DNA of 64,000 nt from Antedon mediterranea (taxonomy: Eukaryota; Animalia; Echinodermata): assembly GCF_964355755.1 (NCBI RefSeq), contig NC_092676.1:29220871-29284870 (forward strand), in the 5' to 3' direction. Numbering within the stretch: position 1 is the first letter of the stretch; every line of letters starts with the position of its first letter. The position numbers and the translations under genes were made by a program. Below are positions 50,972-64,000 of this stretch, piece by piece. Under the pieces are notes generated by a model. It made no database searches, was not told where the DNA came from, and was given only the letters and a program-made list of their open reading frames with translations.

Positions 50972-52835
50972 TCTGCAAAAATGTAATTTTTAATAAATTA
51001 TACATAAATAGAAAATTACATATTTTTTGTCAATATAAAATCCCAGTGGAATGATGCTAACCGATTATTCCAATTTAATGCAATTTATTTATCCATCCAT
51101 TATGAATGTGTTTGTTTTTATACTGTATTGGTTACTTCTTGTCATGTGATACCTGTACAATACATCTCTGCTTGGCATTTAATTGTAGGAAAAATAAGAT
51201 AATATCCAAGCCAACAATCCATGTAAGCACACAACAAGAATCTATTACTGTGTATCTTGACTAACTGTTTGCATTGGACACTATAGCTACACTGAACTAA
51301 TTCAACTAAATAAATTTAATATAATTTTTTATATTAAATACCTTATAATTTCCCAGCTCAAATGATAGTTTTCAGGAATTAAAACGAATCGTTTACAGTA
51401 ATCGAATACAGTTGGTTTTTGCACTTTGAAACTTGTGATCATGTTATCAAAGCATTCATCTATTTGAACAAGGTGTTAACAATCAGTATTGCAAACACAA
51501 CTATAGTATTTATTCAAGCACTTTATTGTCACTCATAAATAATCAATAGCAATTTCAACAAGATAGAAACAGTCTAAAATACAACCTACTTTAGCATAGA
51601 CATTACTACTACATATATAAAATAACGATTAAAATAAAGTTGGTTTTCCACCTTGAAATATTGCGTTGTGTATGAGCTGTCTTCTAAACTAGATCTGAAT
51701 ATTGCGAAATCAGGAAACACTGAACTGAATCAATGATAAAATCATTCTACCACAAAGAAGTTTGTTCATGGACCTATACATTAAAATTTGTATATCACCA
51801 TGATTTGTTTATGAATGGTTTGAAAAAGTTGAATGTGATTATAATTGTTCACTGAAGCAATAATCGGTTAGCATCATTCCATTGGGATTTTATATTGACA
51901 AAGTGTGATGTTATAGGATGAGTGAAAAATCGCAGTGGGATCCCAAAGGCCGTAGCCAGGATTTGTCAATGGGGGCGCGGGGGGGGGGGTCGGACACTTA
52001 AGTTCGTATTAGGGTCAGTTAGTAGTTAAGCTGTTCTTCCAAAACTACAAAAATAAATAAACAATACAAAGTATACCTCTACTGAGTGGGAACAAAAGCT
52101 TAAGTTGAAAATTCTGAAGCGCAACTATCAGTATCGGTAGGCCTAAGTTTGGTTTTTTTTAACGTTTTTGTACTGATGATTTTAACATAAGAATTGGCGA
52201 AAATGTCAATGTAACTGAACTGAAGAAGATGATCTGATTTAATTTTGTTATTTGAGTCCAAAGCAAATGTTAATTTATAGCTACATTTACAGTACCACCA
52301 TTATTTAATTACATTTTTTTAAATACGAACTCCTCAAATTATCGTACCGGAATCGGTGTAAACTTCATCCTTCACTTGTAAGACGATCTTATCATTTTTA
52401 AAACGTTATTATCAACTTTATTTCATATAACACGTACATCTTTTATATATCTTCGATAAGAAGAAATATTAGGCCTACAATATGAAATTACAATATTGCT
52501 TTTGTATTTACTTTTACTTCTTTCATATGACCTTTGTACAGTTTTGAAACAAATGTAAATGAAGTCAATTAGAAAAGAAAATATTATCTATATGATATTT
52601 AATTATAATTTTAGGCTAGCCTATGTATTGTGAATGTAAATACTGTAGTGAATTTAAAGCAAATTATGTTATATAAACACACACGAAATAGAACTACCAT
52701 GGTGGCGCCCTTTCTAAAAAGTTGATAGCAGATTGGTGGCAGCAAATAAATCGTAGTCGCGTCGAAAAACACCGTGTATCGTTGTTGTGTATCACATTCT
52801 TGGTTTTTTAGTCAATAAAAACCTTTAAAAACACA

Positions 52836-53996
52836 ATGCCTAAGTAAGTCATATATTAACGACGTTTATCCATATATAAGCTCAGTTATTAGTAATTAAG
52901 TTAGCAGCAGGTAGGCCTAGGTCCATTTAACAACAATAAAATGGTTGAAGCTAACCGGCCTAGGCTAGCTGGGCCGGGGCAAAAGAAAAGGCCAAGAAGC
53001 GGTGAACTGCAGTAGACTAGCCGTGTAGTAGTACAGGAAGCTCAGGCTACGCCTAGATGGGTAATAAGGCTAACCTTGCTTGTTAGCCTAGCCTAGAGGG
53101 GTTCACTAATAAGTTTTATTTTCTTTTTGCAGATATTACTGTGACTACTGCGATACATACCTCACACACGATTCAGTAAGTTACCATTTCAAGCAATGCA
53201 AAATTTTATTAAAAATTTTCACAAAAAACATAATTGTTGTAGCCGCTAGATAAATCAACTTTATGCCAATTTGACCCAAGTTTGACTTTATAGACATCAA
53301 ATACAGTTACTTAATTTATCCATTTTCCAGCCATCTGTAAGAAAAACACATTGCACTGGTAGAAAACACAAAGAAAATGTAAGAATATATTATCAGAAAT
53401 GGATGGAAGAGCAGGCACAGAATCTAATTGATAGGACAAGTAAGTTGACATTCTATATAATTTTTCTATTATAATCTAATCAGGAATCTAATATAATGTG
53501 TAATTCTTGTTTTTGTATAATTTTTATTTTTAATTTTCTCTTACAGCTGCTGCATACCAAGCAGGTAAAATACAACACAACCCATTCCCAGGTGCAGCAG
53601 GCGTACCCCCAGGTGGTAGTGCAATTCCACCACCTGCAAATTATGCACCCGGAGGCCCACGACCAGTAGGACCAGGTCAAATGAGAGGACCAGTACCACC
53701 TCATGGGATGGCTCCACCACCTGGTTTACTAATGAGGCCACCGGGTCCAGGTGGACCAAGTAAGTATTTATTTCATTCTCTTTACAGTAAAAGCTACTTT
53801 GTATCGTTTGCTTGTGTAGTGACTATCTATCATAACATTAGTTGGTAGGAGTAACATCTTGATTATTTTTTTTACAGTGATGCGGCCAATGGGACCAGGA
53901 GGACCATTGTTAGGACATATGCCACCAATGGGACCAGGAATGATGCCCCCGCGAATGCTTCCTAGGATGCCAATGTCTAAAGAGGAAAAAGTATGA
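52836..53996 (+). CDS. SNRPC: U1 small nuclear ribonucleoprotein C, 5 coding exons
   Basis: ATGCCTAA|gtaagt micro first exon, [31 protein letters not shown]...[13 protein letters not shown] zinc finger, Pro/Met/Gly-rich tail, TGA at 53994-53996. Missed by the ORF track because exons are short. Confidence 0.95.
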
Positions 53997-54456
53997 ACAA
54001 TTTAAAGAGAATAACATTCTGAGACATTCTATAACCATGATGTGTAGTTAAAGAACTTAATACAAGTACTGTTAGTAATGAAAGAAAGTACCGAGGACTA
54101 CATCGTCATCATATCCAAAGATGAATGGTGCCCAAGTTGCCTGAATCCTGGATTCAAGATATTTAAAAGTGAGCCTTGGTATCCACTATTCCCTCACAGA
54201 CTGAAGTATCTACAGTAGTAAGTCTGTATACTATGCTTAGTCCAGTAACTTTTACTGGTAGAATACATTTTCAAGATGAATTCAAGAATCTGTTCATCAT
54301 CTATTAGGTGACTGTGGTATAAATAATTAAACAATTCGACACTCATAACTTTAAATATTTTATTGTTTTTGTAAAAATAAAGTTTTTGACCAAATATTTG
54401 AATTGTAGTTGTTTCACTGTAGGTGGTTGTTGTTAATAATAGTTTATAAATATTCT

Positions 54457-57400
54457 TTATTTCTTGGGACCTTTTTTCTTCCTTGATGCCTCCATTTCAG
54501 CAGTCTTGGCATCCATCTTCCTCTGTAGAATATCCTTCCTTGCAGGATCAACCTTTCTCTCTTTAGTACCACTTCCGTTCCGAAAGACTTTTTCCCTCTG
54601 AAGCTGATTGCGTGCCCGGGCATGCGCTTTGTCCCCGCAGCCATGCACCTCTGGCATATGATGCAGCAGACAGTACCTACGATTGCAGAACATGCACATC
54701 TGTCCGATGATAGTTATTTTTTCTTTACATTTCACAAAGTTACACGTGTTGTCGCCCTTAATAGCTGCGGCTATAAGTGCATCAAAGTCGTCCTCATCAG
54801 TTTTCTCTATAACCTTTTTCTGATTTTGTTTTGCTTTCTTTTTTGTAGACTGTTTAATATCTTGGTCTTTTAATCTACGTGTATAAATCTTCTCGCATTG
54901 GAGTTCATGTAATAACAGGTTTCCAAGATCAACTTCTTTCTTACAGTATTTGCACATACGAATGCTAGAAGCATCAGCTTTCTCGGACTCGATAGGTGCA
55001 GCATCTTTTTCACAGATGACTTCTGTAACATCTTCTTCAACGGTCTTTACTTCTGGAGACTTCAAATGCCCTTTCTTCCTTTTATTCTTTTTCTGTGTTG
55101 GTTCATTATCATCTACTGAACTAGTTGCATTTTCTTTTGATTGTTTTTTACTTATGCTAATATGCCGTTCATTTTCTTCTCCTGTACTAAAATGAAGAAG
55201 ACCAAGTTTTTCTGCAATCTACAAAAGAAAAGTAACATTATTGAAATTAATCACAAATCCAATTACAGTATTGATCTGACTATGAGTCAGAGCAAGGATG
55301 TGAACACATAGCTCTAAAACCGGTAATCAAGTATGCTTAAAGTTATTTGCTTGTTGATATAAATCTACTGCCCTCTTTGCTGCAAATGATATGACTAAAA
55401 CTATTGGAGATTTTCATATTGTACAAGATAAATGCATACAAGTGTTTTAAAGTTTAGGATAATATACCAAGGAGGTACCTCAATGAATATACCATAAATA
55501 AAAGAAAAAAACAAATTATTACCAAACTTTAAAACAGAATAGCCAGTGCAACAATAAGGGCACCAGTCACTAACACACTTTAAAACAGAATAGCCAGTGC
55601 AACAATAAGGGCACCAGTCACTAACACACTTTAAAACAGAATAGGCAGTGCAACAATAAGGGCACCAGTCACTAACACACTTTAAAACAGAATAGCCAGT
55701 GCAACAATAAGGGCACCAGTCACTAACACACTTTAAAACAGAATAGCCAGTGCAACAATAAGGGCACCAGTCACTAACACACTTTAAAACAGAATAGCCA
55801 GTGCAACAATAAGGGCACCAGTCACTAACACACTTTAAAACAGAATAGCCAGTGCAACAATAAGGGCACCAGTCACTAACACACTTTAAAACAGAATAGC
55901 CAGTGCAACAATAAGGGCACCAGTCACTAACACTTACCTCATGAACAAGGTATCTTTCCTTTGAGTTGAGGTTTGTTGGAAAAGCCATTGCCATTCTGCT
56001 GTTGTCCTTAACAAATTCCTCCACCTGCGTCTGTATCTCTTTTTCGGTCAAGCCCTGCTGCACACCAAGAGAACACCTTCAAAATATAATCAATAGACAT
56101 TTTGCCATGATCAAACCAAGTGTAAATAATTTCACTCTTTACAAATTTTAACAATTGAACAAGCAATATTTTTTACCAACTTTGATGAAACCTATCAATT
56201 TTTTCTCTGGGCGTGACAGAATACATGTCTTCTCCAATTATTGTCTTTTTTTCATTGCTAATTGCAGGCGTTTTGATTTTTAACTGGTACTCCAAATCAA
56301 GTATAAGTATGAAATGCCATGCGTACCAAAATTTACACATTTTAGTGATGTCCTACACAAGTAATCCACTAAAAGCACATCAATTGACTTACTTTGCAAT
56401 TGATTGGTCTTTGACAGTAGCTACAGTCTTCACAGGTTGTTTATTTTTTATATCGTTCTTATTGCTTGACTTCTTCTGTCTAGCATGGTGACTTCTGGAG
56501 CTGTTGGTTGCTGATGTCGTTACTTTCTGATGCTTTGTGGTTTGACTAAAATCAAGGTAATCTGGTCTTGGAACATCATTGGCAAGGTTCATCTCTGTGG
56601 AATGAAAACAGAAGAATCATGAAATGTATAAAACTAGTTTGAAAAAAAGTGTGATGTACATCAAATATGGTAGTGATATGACATCATCATGTCCATATAT
56701 GGGCACATCACATTTTTTGTCACATGTTTGATAATTTAGAGGGATGCGGGCCCTGAAATTTCTGGCTGAGAGTTATCCTCCTTAAATATCAATAAAATAC
56801 AAGCTTGATTTGTTCTTCATTCTGTAATTGGCCAAATAAGGTTTGAAAAATTCCAAACACATACCAGTTTGATAGTGAAACACACTTCTGACTTCGCCAT
56901 TGTTGTTTACATAAGTAATTAAAGATTTGAGAAAGTCATGGTTGCTGACTGTTTCCGAGTCGCCAAAGATTGCGAGGTGTCTTCTAGCACGAGTGATGGC
57001 AACATTGATACGACGATTCTCCGCAAGAAAGCCGACTTCACCTGCAAAAAAGCAACAAATGATGTATGATACAAGGATTTGCTTATTAATGGTGTGTGAA
57101 TTCTTAAAGATGACCTATTCAAAGTCTTTTTTTTTTTTAATCTCTATGTTTTTTGGGGACAATACATCTTTAATACACTTTCATTGAATGCAAATCAGCT
57201 CTATAACAGCATATTCTGGACATTACACATATTTCAGATTCTTTTAAAGAAGAACAGTCAGAAAACAAACCTTTAGTGTTAGAGCGTACAAGTGAGATAA
57301 GAACAGCTTCCTTTTCTCTGCCTTGGAATCCATCAACTGACTTGATCTCTAAGTCTGGATACTTAGAAGAAAGCCTCAATCTTATCAGATCAACCTAAAA

Positions 57401-60400
57401 CAACAATTGTTGCAACTTACATAATTTGTTTATACTAGTGATGTTTGTTTTCTGAAATCCCTAAAATTTAATTACTGTACCTGTAAATTGTATGGTGATA
57501 TGACAGCAATTTCTGGTATTTTGAGACCAGATGATATTAAACGCTCAGTATGAGCTGCAACTAAGTCCGCTTCACCTGATGGAGTTTAAGTTTAAAAATA
57601 AAAAATAGGTAAGAAATAGGTTTGTTTTATTTTGCTGTCTTTATTTCTGTCTAGTTGTTTCTGTTGTGGTGCTATTTCTTTATGTAGGGATGTATTGTAA
57701 ATATCCAATCTTGTATTTTTTTATACTGATTACAATAAAGATTATATGATTGATTGCTCTGTATATTTAACAGCTTGATTGAACGGTCAAAGATCGAAAT
57801 GCTTCATATTATGCTCTTACCTTCGTTGCCGCGTGAAACTTCTTCCGGAAGATCCAGCTCCTGCATGTCGCATCCAGCTGTGTCTACAAACAGCAGAGGG
57901 ATTGATGTGTCCTCTGTCTCAGTCACATGATCTAGATCTCTACAAAAATAGCAACAATATTAACAATCTTGTAGCCATTTTTACAGGTGAAGAGGTGTTC
58001 TTTTCCCAGAAAAGTGACTGAAGAAGAGATATATTTAGGCCTAGTAGTAATGCGCCTACTGGTGAAAAGGATTGGCCAAATTGTCATGATGATTTTTGCT
58101 GCTGTTTGTAAAGGGCACCTCAGGAAAAAGGAAGGTTGAATAATGAGCATTTATCTATACTGTAAAAAGTTATTATTTGGAAAAAAACATTATTTTTTTA
58201 CCATTTTATGATACATGTGTAAGTTTATCTGTAGGTCTGCAGTGCAACTTAGGGTCCGCTACCAGGGGTGCAAGGGGTCAAGTGAAATGAATCAGATAGC
58301 CAGGTGTCAGACACATGTTTAAATTCAAATACTGTATACACATTGAAATGTACATTAAAAGCAATCATCTGATTTAGATAAGAGCTGAGTCACCCTAATA
58401 CATCCTTACACTTACTCTGACAACCAATTTAATGATTATTGGATTAAAAATATATACATAAAGATAATATAGGTTTTATATACAAAATTCAAACAACCAA
58501 AATATTTAAAAGAAACTAAGTAGAAGACAATTCTTGGTACTGTAGGCTTCAAAATTGTTAAGGCATTAGAAGTTGTGCGGTATGTAAATTCGTACATAAA
58601 ACTATTTAAAAGAGCTTCTTTCCAATAGATAATTATTCAATATGTTGTACTTGAGGTCTAAAGATACACACATCATTGCCATTTTTTCCAGTAATTTGAC
58701 TTTAGACGTTTGCAGTGCAGTAATCGTAAAAGAAGTTGTACTTAACAAATTCATACATAAACATATCCAACCAATAGGTTGATACTTTGATAGGCTTTGA
58801 TATGTTTACTTACTTTAATAAATGGGTAGCAACAGAGTCATGTGACACAAGTTTACCATCATACAGTTGTTGAGAAGACCACCTCATGATATCATCATTC
58901 ATACGGTACTGCATGGTTAACATTCTCATGACAGAATCACCGTACAGATTTAGAATTCTTTCCATTAAAGAAACCTCAAGACCTTCCTTGGCAGCTCTAA
59001 ACAAATTTAAAGAAAAATTATGTTTTAATTGAGTCCATAGGGAGATTGCGATTTGCGACGACCGATGACCGACCCAGGTCAGGTCAATTGGTTAGTCGTC
59101 TGGACAAGAAATCATCAAATATGTGTACCGCCGGTAAATAGAAAGCAAAAGTGGTGCTGAAATTTAACAGAAGTTGAACACACTATTTTCTTGGAATAAA
59201 CTTGGCTAGAGCCAATGAAGAAAATGAAATAACTAGACGTGTAAAAATGACATAAATAGACCATTGTAATTTGTTAAATTTCCATAGAGAGTTTACTTCA
59301 TTTTGTTGGTATACTACAGAACAAAATGAACAAGAAAGTTCATAATATTAATGTGATTATGATTGTGGCGGCGCGGATAGAAATATCTCACTTTTCACAC
59401 TACTACAGTGGAACACTAAAGCTGCTATGTACATACTTGTCAGATTTGATGGTGGCAGGCAACTGTTGATGATCTCCCGCGAGGATACACTTGGCAGCGT
59501 GTATCAACGGTATCCAGCAGCTCGCTTCCAGGGCCTAGATTGCGGTAACAAAAAGGAAACGTGAATTACATGACAATCGTCCTGAGGTTGTGTTGTGTTT
59601 GACAAGTGAAGTGGAAAGGATTTGGTAGCATCAATCACAAATAATAGGGTTTACTCCTAGAACATGAATGGGCAGTAACGTTTCAATTATCGGTTAAGCT
59701 ACAATAAGCCACCACGGAAGGGATAAAATACTTAACAATAAAAGTTACGTTAAATGACGAGTTTCTATACCACCGACCTCTTAAAATATACCTAAATACT
59801 CAGCATCCCCCACATACTAACCTGAGCACACTCATCAATAACGACCAGGTCAAAATGTTCTTTTGGTAAATTACTCAACGGGCCTTCTCGTGAAGCGCTC
59901 GTGGTCGTACCTAAAACTACGTCGGCTCGAGTAAGAATTTCACGCATTGCTTTTGCCTCTCGTTGCTTTAGCTCTTGTCGAAGGTGTTTTGATTCGGTAC
60001 GTAGCTTTCGACGTTCTTCTTTATCTCGGCTCTTGGCAATACTAGCCTGTGTAATTTAATGATTAATTCATGACATTTTTTACAAAATCTGTTTCCATTT
60101 TGAAAGTATTTATAAATTAAAATTTAGTACTGATGCTTAATTTAAGTCAAGAATGAATTTTTATTTTTTATTTTATTCAATCGAAACCAACAGCGGTAAT
60201 TACCACCAGGTTTGATACAAACAAAGTCCAGGACAGCTTAAAGCACCTTGAGTGGTTCTATTATTGATCAAGGGCTTCTCTCATCCAGTGCCCACCTTGA
60301 CCAAAAAAAAGGTATGGGCCAATACTTCTGAGGCAGATACTACATTTAGAGTTAGTTACTTGCTGCACCAACCTGCGCTTTATCGATGTCCCTCCTAACA

Positions 60401-63400
60401 TCCTGCACAATTTTAGTAGCCTCGCTGACAGACAAGATTGCATCTAATGAATACTTCTGAATTCCACGATGTGCTCGAGCTGGATGACCCAACCTAATTA
60501 TCTTGACCTTTGACACAGCTAGCCTTTCAACCAGGTTATCGACTGCGACATTCGAAGGTGCACATGCTAAAACCTGAAAATAAATTCTATCTTATTTGTC
60601 TAAACTTCTCGTGTCTATTCTTATTGAGCACAAAAAAAAAATAGCTTTAAAATTTAAAATAGTTAGAATTAAGAATTGTGGGATTGGAATTCAAATATGT
60701 AACCTACTGTGGCAGTCATTACTAGGCCTGCTAAGGCTTCACATAATAACCACATTTATTGAACTTCAGTAAATTCCTTTGTTTTTTCCCTTAGGGAAAA
60801 CATAATGTAGCACCTGTACTAAGTTTGACAGCCAGCAACTGCTAAAATACAATGTGGCTAAAACCCCAACAGACGACATACTTACTTGGCCTTTTAGCAC
60901 CATGTTCCGTCATATTTTTTAATGTTCTTTTTTCGTAGCATTAAAGTGCATTAAGAATAAAACCGCTTTATTTTACCTCAGTAATAAAAGCCTCATTAAA
61001 TGGCAATTACAGGATAAATGTTGACAGAAATAATTGCTTATATATTGAGTTCGCTGTAGAAGTCCCCCGGGGCTGGCATGTGTGATCTATGTGTTTGTAT
61101 TGTAAAATTCGGAATTGAATCAAATTGTAAAATATATAACTCTTGTATCTGTTACAAAACTACTGTAGATAGAAAACTTAACTGTACAAGATTTACCTTC
61201 AGTTTACACTTGACCGCTTGCTGAATGACCTCAATCACCGTGGTTGTTTTACCTGTACCTGGTGGGCCATGAATCACGGCAACCTCTCGTTGACACAATG
61301 AGAACCTCACCGCCTCTCGTTGCGACTCGTCCAGTTTCTCGTTGATGTAACACAATTCCGTTCCTGGGAAAGTGGAAATTGATTTGCAAATGTTTTCTTA
61401 CTTTCGAACAAAAGTTTTGTTTTCTCAAGAGATATTAAGTGATTGAACTTTCTTTTTCAAGATCATATTATTGTTCAACTGTAATATATTCTAGTCATCT
61501 AGAAAATGGGATCATAATATTCCTTGTTGCAGTAGAGGGTTTTTTTTTGTCAAGGATCAATATCATTTCTTCTGTATGCCATTGTCTTCTGCCTCATTCA
61601 GCTCCAGACTACTTTCAACAAAACAAACAACCTAAAAATGTAATCCAAAATAATATTCCTCTTCTTGTGGTACGATTGAAAACATGCTTATCTGTGTTTT
61701 AGCATATCAAGTAAAACCAAATATTAAAATCTATTTGATATTATATGAGAATATTTTTTAGTAACCTAACATTGTTTAAAACATACTTTTTAAACAAAAT
61801 GTTTCCGGACAAAAAATGACTTTTGTTCCAGATAACAGTTCACAAAACTGAAAGTATTGCGATTTTAATACATAGGGGACTATTACAGCCCTGACATCAT
61901 ACAATCCAACCTACTTAGTACTTACTTGTTTTGATCATATCATCGGTTACTGAGTAGTGTCTGAGGTCAAATCAGTTGATAACTTACCGTTTTTCTCAAC
62001 TGCTTCTGTGCCTCCTGATCTAGATGGAGGTGGGGTGGGGTTAGCGCTTGGTTCTGATTCTCCAAACAGCACATCTATAAGATGGTAAGCTGGTCCTGGT
62101 TGGTGAGACTCTAGGTTTGAGAGCGCCCTAGAAACAATATAAAGAATAGCCCAATTGTAAACATACACTACATTAAAGCTAATGCAATTCAATTTAACTA
62201 TTTTATTCCGTCAAGCACTCTGGCTCGAAAATTGTCTTGCTTGTCATCACGTATAAAACATTAAAAATATGATAAAATGGGTAAAATACAAACAGCACGA
62301 TACCAAGGGATAAAATACAAAAGCAACAAATATAAAAATTACATTTCAACACACACAGGAATATACAGGATTTATAGCGAATCTATTTCCTTAGGCCATG
62401 GTCACAAATTGATAATGTCCCCAGGGGTAAGGGAAAATTATGATATATATCTATATAGAACTGTGGAGGAAAATGTATTAATGTAGTTAGCACCCTAGGG
62501 AATAATCATTTATAACTACAAATTAAATACCCACAATCATTTCTATAGCTAAATATTTAATAGAGTCAAACCCTTCTGGTGAAATTCCCCGGGGAAGATG
62601 ATGCATTTCATTTAGAGATACTGCACATTAGTTATTAATTATCAAACTACAAAACAACCTTGACAATTTGAATATAACAGAAATATATAACGTAATAAAG
62701 ATTATATTATAAAACCTATTTAATATATATACAGGTGGATAGATTTATGATATCAAGAGAAAGTAGTTTGAACTTCAAAATTAACCGTCATGAAGTTAAA
62801 TGTGACTTAAGAAATAGTATGTATCAATTGAAAAACGCCTAAAAACGCACCTGTTATATAATAGAAATTACACATTTAAATCTTTCAAAAAGTGGATTTG
62901 CATATATCCCAAGTGTGATAGAGCTTACAGAATAGGATAATTAAACATTGAAAATGAATGATGACCTGGACAATGACAATGATGATAATGATGATGATAA
63001 CAGAGGATTATGATGATGATGATGATAACGGAGGATAATGATTGATAAGATGACACTAAAAAGAATGATGGGAAAGTGCTCTATCAGTATTGTTGAGAGA
63101 AGAAAATAGTGATGATGATAATAATAGTAATAGCACTGCTTGACATAATAATATTAATATAGCGCTATTATGAAGACCTACCCATGTATCTAGAATTGAA
63201 TACCTACAATTTGCCGAAACTGTTTCAAGAATCAATTGAGGAAGCATGTCTCAATTAGCGTATTCGAGTGGACTGTTGAGTAGTTTTTCCGTTGAGTACT
63301 TCTTTAACAAGTATTTTGAGCATTGAGATTGTTCTTAACGAAAAAGCTTTCGTTGTCAACGTTTTCTATTCGAATGACTTTCTGTTGAGCACAAATTTAC

Positions 63401-63751
63401 AATTCGAATACAAAAAGTACTCAACGAATCTTTACGTTGACAACGAATGTTCCCAATCGAATACGACAACTGTCTCAGCATGTACACAATGAATTACCAT
63501 TTCATAACTAGTTCCTAGGTCAAAGGTCATGACATATCAAAAGCTCCTTACTGTTTAATTCTTCTATAAGTGACATCATTTGCTAGAATCGTCAGCCGGT
63601 ACGTCAACGTATCATCTAACGACACCACATCTTCACCGGCATCAAAAGCAACAGTAATCAGTTTATCTGTGACGCGCGACACGATTCCGGATAATTGAGA
63701 AGCTCCCGAGTTGTCACCACCACCAGAGGGCGACACACCAACAATTGATCC
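54457..63751 (-). CDS. IGHMBP2: DNA-binding protein SMUBP-2 (SF1 helicase, R3H, AN1 zinc finger); 5' end beyond window
   Basis: [63 protein letters not shown]3H ([15 protein letters not shown]), AN1 finger ([16 protein letters not shown]). Confidence 0.95.
55527..55932. repeat. 51-bp tandem array, 8 copies, in last IGHMBP2 intron
   Basis: Unit ctttaaaacagaatagccagtgcaacaataagggcaccagtcactaacaca. Confidence 0.95.
62955..63130. repeat. Degenerate (GAT)n/(AAT)n microsatellite
   Basis: Runs of gatgat/gataat in an IGHMBP2 intron. Confidence 0.75.
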
Positions 63752-64000
63752 TGAAATAAAATTGACATAAAAAGGTCAATTGCTAAGAGGGTTTTCTCTA
63801 TTTAAGCATACACATTCTACAAAGGTATTTTGTGACAACAGTATTGACAATACAGCTTTCTTAACTACTAACGAATATATAAAATCATTTATGTAAGTTA
63901 GATATTTTAATACAATCTTACAAAATATTACTCGTCTAGGCCTGTTTGAGAAAACCTCGACATCTAACAGATTACCATTCTGGTTTTTGATATAAAAATG

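Noticed and set aside
54030-54110. SECIS-like ATGA...AAA hairpin after SNRPC TGA
   Set aside because: Lacks the 3' NGAN quartet partner and an in-frame stop follows three codons after the TGA.
57985-58140. Exon-like, GC-balanced stretch with a 12-bp stem, antisense within an IGHMBP2 intron
   Set aside because: No recognisable protein in any frame and only two stems; insufficient support.
61055-61085. gaagtcccccgggg resembling RNase MRP conserved region I
   Set aside because: No downstream partner motif or surrounding structure; similar ccccgggg words at about 62418 and 62587 suggest repeat debris.

Overview
AT-rich, intron-rich animal (invertebrate, plausibly deuterostome/echinoderm) genomic DNA; no prokaryotic features or CRISPR arrays. 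Nine protein-coding genes in order: LRRIQ1-like (+, 5' part outside window), WDR45/WIPI4 (+), intronless RTN4IP1 (-), ILRUN/C6orf106 (+), an MFSD4-family transporter with a large mucin-like loop (+), NUP160 (-, with a U12-type intron), an intronless RING/B-box/coiled-coil/NHL TRIM (-), SNRPC/U1C (+) and IGHMBP2 (-, 5' part outside window). Repeats: a young 2.6-kb non-autonomous Gypsy-type LTR element in a NUP160 intron, about 15 copies of one palindromic MITE, other MITEs, SINE/LINE fragments, a Penelope-type hammerhead remnant and many tandem arrays. Best leads: a densely base-paired, possibly pseudoknotted 545-nt intron in the MFSD4-like gene; an orphan minus-strand first-exon signature near 28.8-29.1 kb; the mucin-bearing MFS transporter; and the intact Gag/integrase-zinc-finger fusion ORF of the LTR element. 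All calls were made by eye; exon and repeat boundaries may be off by a few bases.
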